Assembly: GCA_977017575.1 (NCBI GenBank)
Contig: CDRNVI010000164.1
Span: forward strand, 62,001-126,000
DNA: 64,000 nt
Origin: Paramoeba atlantica
Lineage: Eukaryota > Protista > Discosea
Reading direction: 5' to 3'
The notes under the pieces are model-generated. The model was not told the DNA's origin, searched no databases, and was given only the letters and a program-made list of their open reading frames with translations. Within the stretch, counting starts at the first letter, position 1. Each line of letters begins with the position of its first letter. The position numbers and the translations under genes were made by a program. Below, piece after piece: positions 49,387 through 60,254 of the stretch.

Positions 49387-51983
49387 ATGGAGAGAAAAGA
49401 TGAGAAGGGTTTTTGTTGTGGAATTTGTATGATGGTTATGGAACGTGGGAGAGTGCCAAGGATGCTCCCTTGTGGTCATTCTTTTTGTTCGGATTGTTTG
49501 AAGAAAAGAAGAGAGAGAGAGTCAAATTTGCGTTGTTCAAATTGTGGAGAGGTCTTTGAAGGCGAGTTTGTTGAGTCTTTTGAAGTGAATGAATTGATTC
49601 CTAAGATGGTTGATATTCTTCTTTCTTCTCATATATTATTAGTGTCTGATCGACCAGGTTTTTTTTTCTCTCTCTCTCTCTCTCCCTTTCTTTGTCGACT
49701 TTCTTTGTCTTTGTTTCTGTTTCTCTAAAAATCTTTTGAAATGGTTAGAAGAGGCGAGTTTTTGTGCCAACTTTTCAACTTGTGGTCAAAAGACACAAAT
49801 GTTTTGTTCTCAGTGCCAACTTTTTATTTGTGATTCTTGTAACACATTCCACGAATCCACTTTCTTCACCCGAAACCATCAACGCAGAAGAAAATTCACG
49901 TCAGGACAACTCCAACAAGAAGAAAAAGGAGAAGAAGAAAAAGAACTCCAACCACAATCACCATCATCGCATCATCCTCAAGATCAACAATTTACAAAAA
50001 TGAAGAGATGTTTAAAACACAGTTCTGAAGGAGTGAGTGGGTATTGTTTCGAATGTTCTTCTTTGGTTTGTGTGCGTTGTATTCTTGGAGGTCATGTCAA
50101 TCATCAAGATAATGTTCATCCTCTTGAAGAAAGTGCTCAGAAAAGACGAAAACAAGTTTCGAAGTTTGGTGAAGAGATTGGAAAGAGAATAGAAAGAATC
50201 CAAAAAGAAAAGGAAACGAATGATGTTGAGATTCGAAATTTGGAAGAGAAATTGAAAGAGTTGAGAGAGAAATTGGTTGGGAAAGAGGGAAAGAAGAAAG
50301 AATTAGAGAGAGGTTTAAATGATTTGAGAATGAGGTTCGATACAATTAATCGGTTATCTCAAACTCCAAAAGATGAATTAATTCTTGAAGAAGAAGTTTA
50401 TTCGACACTTCTTGATGCTGCAGAAGAGATTGTTGTTGATTGTTGTGTTGGTGCTGAAAAAAGAACTGAAGAAAAAGAAAGAGAGATAAAAGAAAGAGAG
50501 GAAAGAGAGAGAGAGGAAAAACAAAAAAAAGAGGCTGTGGAAAGAAAAGGAATGGAAAAGGGAAAGAGAGAAGAGGAAAAAGAGATTGATGAATTTGAAC
50601 TGAATATTAATATTGAAGTTGAAGAAGAAGATGAAGATGAAGAATATGGTTGTATCGAAGAAATTCTTCCGGTTTTTCTCTTTTATTTCTTTCTTTTCTT
50701 TTCTTTTCTTTTCTTTTTTCTTCTTTTTTATTTATCCATTCATGCAGTCACGATCCCCACCACCAACACCAGATCAACAAAGCCAAGCCATGGCACAAAT
50801 CGAACCTGAATGTACAATGAAAGAAGGTGATCTCTGGTATTTGATTCATTCTTTTTGGTGGAACCAATGGAAAGAATATACCAAAGTTTGTCCTTTCATT
50901 TATTATTATTATTATTCCACATTCAATAACAAACAAAATATACCAATAATAAATCAATAATAAACATAATATAAAAAATAAACTAAACACTACAAAATAT
51001 TCCCTCACAACACTGATTTTTCCCCTTCTCTTTCAGGATGAAGAGGCAAAAACAAGCCCAGATCATCCTGGAGAGATAAATAATTTTCCCCTTTGTGATG
51101 AAAAAGGACAACTTCGGAGGTTATTTTTAGAATTTTGAATTGAAAGAGAGAAAGGAGAAATAGAGGAAGAGCAAGAAAGAAAAAGAAAGATTTTTTATTT
51201 ATTTCAATGAATAGAGATGTCACTCAAAAATCTGATTTCGAGTTACTTCACGAAAAACAGTGGAAACTCCTTTCTCATTGGTTTTTATTTCTTAATTCGA
51301 GGGAAGAAAGGAAAAAGGAACAAAGAAAAGGAAATGAGAGAGAGAAGAGAGAAAAGAAACAAAATTGATTTTAAACTTATTATTTAATATTTTATTCAGG
51401 TATGGAGGAGGACCAGAAATTAGTCGAAGAGTTATTCAATCAGGGTCTCATTATCGATCCCAATTTGAAGTTGAAATCTATCTTTTGCGAGTTGAATTGG
51501 TTCTAGCGAGTTCAAATGAAATTGTATGATTTTTTATTTTTATTTGAGAGAGAAAAAGAGAGAAAAGAGGGAGAAAAGAGAAAGAGAGAAGGGTGAAGGA
51601 CAAATGGGTTGATTCTGTCAGACAAAGATTTTATTTTATTTCATGAAAAGTAATTTTTAATTGAATATTTGGTTAGGTTTTTGAATCATTTTCAAGTCGA
51701 GATACTGTTCGAAAGTTGGCAGAAAAGGCAATGGAAGATTTTGGAGTGACTGAAGGAAATTTTCTTCTTTGGGATTATCATGGAGGAGCAAAGTAATTTT
51801 CTCTCTTTTTTTTTTTCTTTTTTTCTTTTTTTCTTTCCTCCAAGGTTTCTGAAAACTCTTTTTATTCCAAGAATTAAGGCCCTAGACGACTTGTCTGCGC
51901 ACTTATCTGATCACCGAATTATGGATTCACAACAAATATTGGTTGAAGAGAAAAAAGAGACAGAGAATCAATGGTCCTGGTGA
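49387..51983 (+). CDS. TRIM-like E3 (RING, 2 B-boxes, coiled coil) fused to a USP4/11/15-type DUSP-UBL module; no USP catalytic domain
   Basis: RING CGIC..PCGHSFCSDC..CSNC and two B-boxes. DUSP: GDLWYLIHSFWWNQWKEY, HPGEINN, WYGGGPEISRRVI. UBL: FSSRDTV..LLWDY..QILVEEK..QWSW*. Confidence 0.8.
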
Positions 51984-52554
51984 AGGAAGAGAGATGGAGA
52001 GATATTGTTATTTATGATATTTGGATTCAAGGAATGGAAGCGAATTTGATGTGATTTTGGAACAGACGCGCTCGACTGGAGAGTGATTGTTGATTTGGAA
52101 ATGAGAGATGTTTTCGTTTGGGGGAAATCTCAATGTTCCAAGAAATCACTTTCAGTTTTTCCAGAGGTTTTGTTTTTGTTCTGTGATTATTTTTTTGGTG
52201 ATTTTTCTGAAATGGTTCTTTTTTTAGGCGGGAATGATTTACATCAATTTACAACAAATTGAAGGGGGGAATTTCACCAATTGATTATTTATTTAATCCC
52301 ATCCCTTTTTAGGGGAGAAATAAAAAAGCAAGAATCTGGGATTGTTTCATTCCAAAATATGCGTCTCAAAACCAAAATTCAGTGAGTTTGAATCTTCTCT
52401 CAACCCCAAAACAAGAAGGGAAGATGAAAAAAAGCGACCCAAATTTAGCCTTTTTGTTTGTTTGTTGTTTGTGTTTTGTTCTGGCCTTCTTCTCGTCTTC
52501 TTTCTGTGTTTTGAAATTGTTTTTTGGTTGTGAACTGAATTATCCTGCTGAAAA

Positions 52555-54685
52555 ATGGGAGAAAAGAGGAAACGTGATGAAAACAGCGGAGAAGAAGAGT
52601 TGGAAAACAAGAGAAAGAAGGAAGAAAAGCCGATTGAAAAAGGAAAAGAAGAAGAAGAAACAGAAAGGAAAGAGTGTGAAGAAAGGAGAGGATTTGAATG
52701 TTTGATTTGTTTTGAAATGATGAGATGGGAAAGAGAACCGAGATCATTACCTTGTGGCCACTCTTTTTGCTCTGATTGTCTCAACAAACTCTTCTTCTCC
52801 TCTCAACAAACTTCAACTTCAACTTCTGAGAGTGGTGATGGTGGTGATGGTGATGATGGTGAGAGTGATGGTGGTCCCAATCTTTTTCTTTCTCCTCTTC
52901 AAGTCGATGGTTCTTCTTCTTCTTCTTCTTCTTCAAGTTCAAGTTGTTGTTTGAGTTATGGTGGGAAGAAGAAGAGATGTTGTCCAGTTTGTCGAAAAGA
53001 GATTGAAGGAGAAGGAGGAGGAAGATGTGAAACAATTGGATCATTTGATTCCAATTATTTAATTCCTGAAACAATTGATGTGATTGAATCTTCAAAGATT
53101 CCTTCTTTCTGTATTCCTCCAACTCCATGTTTTTCTTTTCTTTTGTGTTTTCAAATGAAACAATTCACCTCACTCACCCACCCACCACAAACACAAAGAA
53201 AATACCCCCTCATTAACAAAGTAAACAGATGAAACAAAAGAATGTGTGAATTTCAGAAAGTGTGGAGAGCGAACTTCAATGTATTGTTCTGACTGCAAAG
53301 TTTTCATTTGTGATTCTTGTGAACAATCTCATTCCTCCAATATTTTCTCTCAAAACCACAAACGTGAAAACCAACAACAAGAAGGAAGAAACCAACAACA
53401 TGAGAATGATGAAGGATTAGAAAGTTTGAAAAAGAAACACTGTTTAACTCACCCATCTGAGAATTTGAGTGGGTTTTGTTTTGAGTGTTCTCTTTTTGTT
53501 TGTTTGGATTGTGTTCTTGAAATTCATTGTGAACATCAACAGAATGTTTATTCGTTAGAAAAGAGTGGTTTGAGAAAGAGAAACGAGATTTTGAAGATTG
53601 GAGTTGGATTGGAAAAGAGATTGGAGTTTGTTGAAAAGGAAACAAGAAAAGTAAAACAAGAGATTCAAGAATTAGAAGAGAAATTAATGAACAAGAAAGT
53701 GATGAAGAAAGATTTAGATTTAGAGAAAGTTGATTTGAGAATGAGGTGTGATACAATTCTTAGATTGTCTCAAACTCCAACAACTGATTCTCTTTTCGAT
53801 GAAGATCTCTTTTCAACTTTTCTTCAAATTGCGAATGATCTTATTGATGAACTTGATGTTTCACTTTTGAATCGAAAAAAGAAAGGAGTGATTGGTAATC
53901 GAATGGAATTTATTTCTTCATTTTGTTGTGATGAAAAACCTTGGGGAATTGTTGAGAACATTGATGGTAACTTTATTGTTTGTCATGATAGAAGGAAGTT
54001 AGGAATTAGAAACAAAGAAGGATCTTTGATTCAAACTCTCAAAGTTGATGGGGGTTTTATTGATGTTGCAATTGGGTTGAATGATGAGATTGTATGTCTC
54101 AACCAACTACAATCGAAAGTGATGGTGTTGAACAAAGAAGGTTATTTGATAAGATCATTTGGATGTGAAGGTTCTGAACCTGGTCAATTCAACAAATCAC
54201 GTGGGATTGATGTTGATGAAGAAGGTAGAATTATTGTTGTTGACACCCTGAATCATCGAATTCAAGTGTTTAGTTATGATGGATGTTTTATTCGATGTTT
54301 TGGAACTCGTGGTTCTTCTGAAGGTCAATTTGACCATCCTTGTGGTGTAGTAGTTGATGGAGATGGTAATCTTGTTATTTCAGATAATTGGAATCATCGA
54401 ATTCAAGTGATGGGAATTGAAGGAAATTTTATTCGAACTTTTGGAGAAAGAGGATCAAAAGATTCTCAATTGGAGAATCCAACAGGTGTTGATGTTGATG
54501 GGAATGATCGAATTATTGTTGGTGAATGGGGAAATGGGAGAGTGAGTGTATTTGAGAAAGATGTAACTTTTCTTTTTTCTTTTGGATTTGGGAAGATGAA
54601 GAATCCTTTTGGGGTTGGTGTACATTCATCTGGTTCAATTTTAGTTTCAGAACCAGATCAAAACTCAGTTCAATTGTGGAAATGA
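52555..54685 (+). CDS. TRIM-NHL protein, copy 1 (RING, 2 B-boxes, coiled coil, NHL repeats)
   Basis: CLIC..PCGHSFCSDC...CPVC; B-boxes; repeated GQF..P.GI.VD..G.IIV.D..NHRIQV; one intron. Confidence 0.92.
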
Positions 54686-55368
54686 TGGTTCTTCCTGAGT
54701 TTCAAACTATCGAAGAAAATTCGTCACTAACCAAACCAAACCTTTTTTCTTTTTTTGGTTGAATTTTTCTCTCCAACTCTCACATTTCGGATGTGTGACA
54801 CCTCGGAGATGTTTTGGAGAATTATTGAGAAAGTTTTCCAAGTGAAAATATCAAGGTTGTCTTGAAAACTTTCTTTCCTTTTTTCTATTTTTTTTAATCT
54901 TACATTTGTTTGTTTTTGGTTGAGTTATTTCCTTTCTTTTGTTATTTTTTTTTCTTTTCTCTTTCTGTTGATCTTCTTTATTTTGAATTTAATTTTGAAG
55001 TTTTTTAGATTTCAAAGATAATTTAATTTCTTGGACTTGGGGGAAAAACTGGAAATACTTCTTTCTCTTTTTAGAGCAATCAGGTTTCTCTTCTTTTCTT
55101 TATTTCATCAAAAAATGATACCATTTTTTTTGAAATTTTTTCCTTTTTCTTTAGGACTGGAAAGAATCTCTTTTTTTCGAATTTGGTTCTCGTTAATTCC
55201 TCGAGACCAATTGAAATGGGAAAAATAAGAAAGATTTATTATTTGGTTTTGATCGGGTTTTCGGCGAAAGGAAATTTTCTCAGAAAGTTGTTCGGCGATC
55301 CAGAAAAGTGATTTCCGGATTCATTGTTTGTCATGGGAATATTCTGTGGAACATTCAAGACTTCAACG

Positions 55369-55380
55369 CTCCCCCTATTC
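55369..55380 (-). other. Polypurine tract GAATAGGGGGAG of the gag-only element
   Basis: Immediately precedes the 3' LTR on the minus strand. Confidence 0.8.
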
Positions 55381-56203
55381 CTGTGATTGAACAATGTGTT
55401 CGGAGTCACACGTGCGGAAGGATAATTTCGTGTTTTTATCCAGCTTAGAAATGCCACCTGGCCAGAATGGACTTCCAATATTCCTGCCTTTGTTTCCTAC
55501 ACTGGGTCGATGCCTCTATGTGCTCCATGTCAACAGGTGGCTTTGGGTCGAAATCATCCCTCCAGCCAAGGATTGGGTTTTGGTTTGAATGAGTCAGGGT
55601 TATTTGAATTCCACATTAGACTTTGGAGTTTTCGAATCGCGAGAAGTTCGAGTCGTCAAGGTTCAGTCAAAAAAAACAAAATATGGCAAAAGGGAAAAAC
55701 CACACAAGTGGAAAGCCCTTGCTTTTGAGGGAAAACCGGGACAAGCACGGCGCAAAAAACCCTCAGGTGAGAAGGAGTTGTTCAAAGATTCGAGATGGTC
55801 GAAAAGGGATAATTCTTTCGTTTGTTCGATTTTCTGTTTCGAGAGTCTGGAAACAGATTGGTTAGTCAAAAATAATGAAAGAAAGAACCTTTGTTGTGAT
55901 GAATGTTTGAGATGAGATCGAGAAGAATAAAAGAGAAGAGTTGAAGAAGAAGTAGTTGTTGTTTCTCCCCCTGCTCTGCTCTTTTGTGGTTTCGAGTCGA
56001 GAGGCATTTCGAGTTTGAAAAACGAGTCATTGTGTGAGGTAAAATCCAAATAAAGAGAAGTTTCTCCCCCATTTTCCTTATTTGTTCAAAAGAAGTTGTT
56101 GGACGTTTTTGGGTCGAACCAGCTTTTCGCCAAAAAGCAAAGAGCGAGAAGGTGGTGGGAAAGAAAAGAATGGAGAGAAAAAAAATCAAAGAGGTTTATG
56201 TGA

Positions 56204-57079
56204 TTAGTCAAACGAGAACCCATCGATATCATCATAAGCTTCTTGGATCGCATGGACTTGTTCGTCTTTCGATTCTTCTTCTTGTTTGCCTTCTGCAAGA
56301 CCCTTTTTAAACGCTTCGTCGATCCGTTTGTTGATTGTTTCCTCCATTCGAGTTCTCCATGGCGCGTCGCAGTTTGGCAAAAAAAGACCAAGTTTTTCAT
56401 CAGCAAGACGAGATTCGCATTTTGTTCGAGGATGACCGGATTGTCGACAATAATGGCAATGGAGTTTGTCCAATTTGGCTCGTTCTTTTCCACCAATTCG
56501 TAGAACAGAGTTGGAGGTTTGAGTGAAAGAGGAAGGGTATCGTCGGGCGAGTCTTCTTGCTTTGGCGATGTTGTATTCTTCACTGACAATAAGATTTTGT
56601 CGGATATCATTGAGCGATGGGGGGAATGCCTTGATAAGGCGAAGGAAGCAAATGTTGGGGGCAGGAGCTAAGCCAGCCGCACCAAGGCGGTTTACAACAT
56701 CATCGAACCGAACGAGAAAGGACTCAACATCTTCTCCTTCTTTGTGTTGAAAGTTGACAAATTCTTCGTTCAGATCAAGTTGATTAGGGAGTGTGTCATG
56801 ACGGAATTCGTCTCGTAGATGTTGCCAGAGTTCTTGTGCTTGATGGTGTCGAAAGATTCGAGCTATGCTGCTGTAGAGGTTTCCAAGAGACTTTAGCAGT
56901 TCATTAAACGCTTTTAATCGCATATCTTGTTGTTTTTGATCGTTTATAGACTCCCAATCGTTTGATTGATGGTCAATTGCACCAAAAACACCTTTGGCTT
57001 GGAGATGTCCGATCATCTTGAAGGACCAATCGTGCCAGTTGTCAGGTTGAAACTTTGGAAGGAATTCATCTTTACCCAT
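56204..57079 (-). CDS. copia-type Gag (UBN2-like domain plus CCHC zinc knuckle), 291 aa
   Basis: FQPDNWHDWSFKM N-terminal motif; ELWQHLRDEF..EGEDVESFLVRF; CHYCRQSGHPRTKC. Confidence 0.9.
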   Translation of the reverse strand: MGKDEFLPKFQPDNWHDWSFKMIGHLQAKGVFGAIDHQSNDWESINDQKQQDMRLKAFNELLKSLGNLYSSIARIFRHHQAQELWQHLRDEFRHDTLPNQLDLNEEFVNFQHKEGEDVESFLVRFDDVVNRLGAAGLAPAPNICFLRLIKAFPPSLNDIRQNLIVSEEYNIAKARRLARRYPSSFTQTSNSVLRIGGKERAKLDKLHCHYCRQSGHPRTKCESRLADEKLGLFLPNCDAPWRTRMEETINKRIDEAFKKGLAEGKQEEESKDEQVHAIQEAYDDIDGFSFD

Positions 57080-57110
57080 GACTTGTGAGACTTTGTATGA
57101 AATAAAGAAG

Positions 57111-57124
57111 GCTAACTTCTAATC
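57111..57124 (-). other. Primer-binding site GATTAGAAGTTAGC, complementary to tRNA-Arg(UCU) positions ~27-40
   Basis: Abuts the 5' LTR end. Its complement GCTAA-CTTCTAA-TC carries anticodon loop TCT; one G:U pair is needed. Confidence 0.7.
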
Positions 57125-57705
57125 CGTTAATTCCTCGAGACCAATTGAAATGGGAAAAATAAGAATGATTTATTATTTGGTTTTGATCGGGTTTTCGGCG
57201 AAAGGAAATTTTCTCAGAAAGTTGTTCGGCGATCCAGAAAAGTGATTTCCGGATTCATTGTTTGTCATGGGAATATTCTGTGGAACATTCAAGACTTCAA
57301 CGGTTCTCAAAAACGGATTTCAACAAACTTGTGAACTTTTCTCATTTGGGAATGTTTCAAACAAAGAGAGGTTGTTCATTTGATTCTCTTTTTTTGAAAA
57401 ACTTTTTTTTTCTCATTTCTTTCTTGAAGTGTGAAGTGTAAACTCCTTTTTCTTGCGAACAAAAAGAATTGGTGATTCGAAAAGAAAAAGATCAAAGAAA
57501 AGGTAATCTCTGTTTTTTGAAAAAATGAGCTTTTTGTTGAACCTAAAATTATCCAAAATGAAGGTCAACAACTGAGGGAATTTGAACAAGGAACAAAAAG
57601 GTGCCCTCCAAAAGAGAGGTTGGTTTTTAGATTGGGACCCTTCTTCACCATGAAATTAAAACACAAAAAAAAGGTTGAGTTGAGAAGAAGAAGAAAAAAA
57701 TAAGT

Positions 57706-57776
57706 TGCGCCGGCCGGGAATCGAACCCGGGCCTCCCGCGTGGCAGGCGAGAATTCTACCACTGAACCACCGGCGC
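57706..57776 (-). tRNA. tRNA-Gly(GCC)
   Basis: 71-nt cloverleaf GCGCCGG..CTCGC-CTGCCAC-GCGGG..GGTTCGATTCCC..CCGGCGC-A, followed by an oligo-T terminator. Confidence 0.95.
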
Positions 57777-58753
57777 ATTTCTTGTCAATCTTTTGCAAAG
57801 TTAGGTTGATCCGCCCAACTCCAATTCAACAACAACACTTCATTTTCTTTTTGGTTTCTTTTCTTCTTTCGATTTATTGGACAATGAGAAAAGGGGAACA
57901 TGAAGGAAAGGTGAAAAAGTTTGTTCTTTTCTCTTTCCAAAATTTCACAACTTATCTCTTCTTCCAGATCCAAATCAAGGTGTAAAAAATGAATTTTGTG
58001 GAAAAGTTGTGGGAATATTCTTCTTCACCATTCCTTACACCCATCAAGAGAGTTTTGGAGTGGATTTTTCTTGACAGAAGGGTTGAGAGACGTGATGTAA
58101 TGATTTGGATCACCAAAGGTTTTTTTCTTGTCTCTCTGAATGATCTAAGTTTTTAGGGAAAAATATTTTACTCTTTTTCTCTTTTGAAAGTCAAAACAAG
58201 GTCATTCTCATTCCTGAAGAGGATTTCCAAGACTGTGTTGAAGGAATTGATCTCCGAAAGTGGATCTATTTTGGTTGATTGTGGCTGGAAATGTTCTTCC
58301 TGAGATTCTTAGATTCGAACTGACCAAACCAATTTCTTTTTTGGTTGAAGTTTTTCGATTCAAAGAAATCTTTTCTCACATTTCTTTTCTCGGGATCAAA
58401 ATCAGTCCACTTGCAGAAATGAGAGTCAACCTGCATGAAAAGATTTGGATTCCTTTCTTATTTTATTGGTTATTCATTCTTTTTCGTGCAAACACCAGCC
58501 CCTTTGAAGTTTTGGAGAGAGTCCTGGGAAATTTTAGGTTGTGTGGTTTTCTTTCTCTTTCTTTTTTCTTATCTTTCTCTTTGATTTGATTTTCAAGAAT
58601 CATGCGATTTGGTTCTCCAAAACAACTGAGGGAATTTGAACAAGGAAAAAAAAGGTGATCTCCAAAGAGAGGTTGGTTTTCAGATTGGGACCCTTCTTCA
58701 CCATGAAATTAAAAACAAAAAAAAAGGTTGAGTTGAGAAGAAGAAAAAAAAGT

Positions 58754-58824
58754 TGCGCCGGCCGGGAATCGAACCCGGGCCCTTCGCGTGGGAGGCGAAG
58801 ATTCTACCACTGAACCACCGGCGC
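58754..58824 (-). tRNA. tRNA-Gly(CCC)
   Basis: Same body; anticodon arm TTCGC-CTCCCAC-GCGAA; oligo-T terminator. Confidence 0.95.
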
Positions 58825-60254
58825 ATTTCTTGACAATCTTTTGCCAAGTTAGGTTGATCGGCCAACTCTCATTTTCTTTTTGGTTTCTTTTCTTCTTTCA
58901 ATTTATTGGACAATGAAAAAAGGGAACATGAAGGAAAGGTGAAAGAGTTTGTTCTTTTCTCTTCCAAATTTTACAACTTATTTCTTCTTCCAGATCCAAA
59001 TCAAGGTGATTGGTCATCAATTGTCTGAAAAAAATGATAGTTTAGTCTGTGGAAAAGTTGTGGGAATATTTTACTCCACCATTCATATCAAAAATCAGTT
59101 CACTTGGGGATATGACCACGATTCTGAGAATTCCTTTCTTTATTTTATTGGTTCTTCATTCTTTTTTCTTTTCTTTGAATTTTTTTTTTGAATTTAATTT
59201 TTTAATATTTTTCTTTTCTCTTCAGGACCGCTCTTTTTTTCGAATTTGGTTCTCCAAATGGATCTCAACAAACTTGTGAACTTTTCTTGGAAAAAGGAAC
59301 AAATGTTGAACGTTTAACAAAGAGAGGTTGATATTTTATTGTTCATTTTGATAAAAAAAAACCCAAAATCTAAAATCTTTTCCAAGAAGTGTGAAGCAAA
59401 CTCCTTTTCTTTTTTAAGAAACAGAAAAACAGACACCCCTCCATCCTAAACCCCCCTCTCCAAAGACTTTAAGGTGAAGATCCCTCCGCTTCATGTATGA
59501 ATGAATTACTTTTCGGATGTGATTGAATGATCTTTTTGTCTCTTTAATCATTGTTGGCATTCCCTTCATTTTTTTGGTGCTTGTACTTCACTCTCTCCTT
59601 GGTTTGAATCATTGAGTCAATATGGAATTTCGAGGTTGACAATCGCTTTTGTTCTCCTTACTCATTTCGTTGGAGGAGACCTGGTTCAATAATAATGTCT
59701 CCCACCTCTCACCACACATCCACAAGGATTTCCTTCTCTTCTTGTCTTGACTTTGACGATCTCTCAAAACCTCTCTCTTCTTTTCCAAAAAAATTGAATC
59801 TTGGTTGACAAGGAGTCTTTGTACACCTTGGTATCTCTGCTGCCTGATAACTCTCCTTTCTCTTAAAAAACCCATCTCCCCTCAAATGTTTTTCTCTTGC
59901 TTGGTGATGGAAATATCAAATTTTAAAAACAAAAACATTGACATTGTAAAAACCATTCACTTTTTAAACATTCAAATAATTGAAGATTCAAATTGAAAGT
60001 TCTCTTTTTTTGATTTCAAATGGATCCATTTCCAGGACTCAACACACCAACATTCAGAGAATATGAATCTTCTCTCTTTCAACCCAAAATAAATGAAAGA
60101 TGAAAAAAAAGCGACCCAAATTTAGCTTTTTTGTTTGTTTGTTGTTTGTTTGTTGTTTGTGGATTTTTTGTGTTTTGGTAACCTTCTCCTCTTCTTTTTG
60201 TTTTTTTCAATTATTTTTTGTTATCGACCAAATTGGGAATTGTGTTGTGGAAAA

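Larger units (their letters stand above)
55191..57302 (-). mobile_element. Non-autonomous gag-only copia-type LTR element (2112 bp) with CG...CG termini
   Basis: 178-bp LTRs at 55191-55368 and 57125-57302 (177/178 identical). TSD GTTCT at 55186-55190 and 57303-57307. PBS and PPT present, gag intact, no pol. A homologous empty site lies near 59248. Confidence 0.92.

Noticed and set aside
51984-52340. Continuation into a USP catalytic domain
   Set aside because: There is no GL.NLGNTC Cys-box, and stops occur in the frames examined before the next gene
52754-53128. His-rich and Val/Met-rich overlapping ORFs (also 60211..60876 and 17343..17549)
   Set aside because: They are alternative-frame or antisense readings of GGTGAT and CCATCA repeats in real genes
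59609-59875. 88-aa minus-strand ORF between the duplicated units
   Set aside because: It has no recognisable motif or supporting gene structure; possibly a decayed fragment
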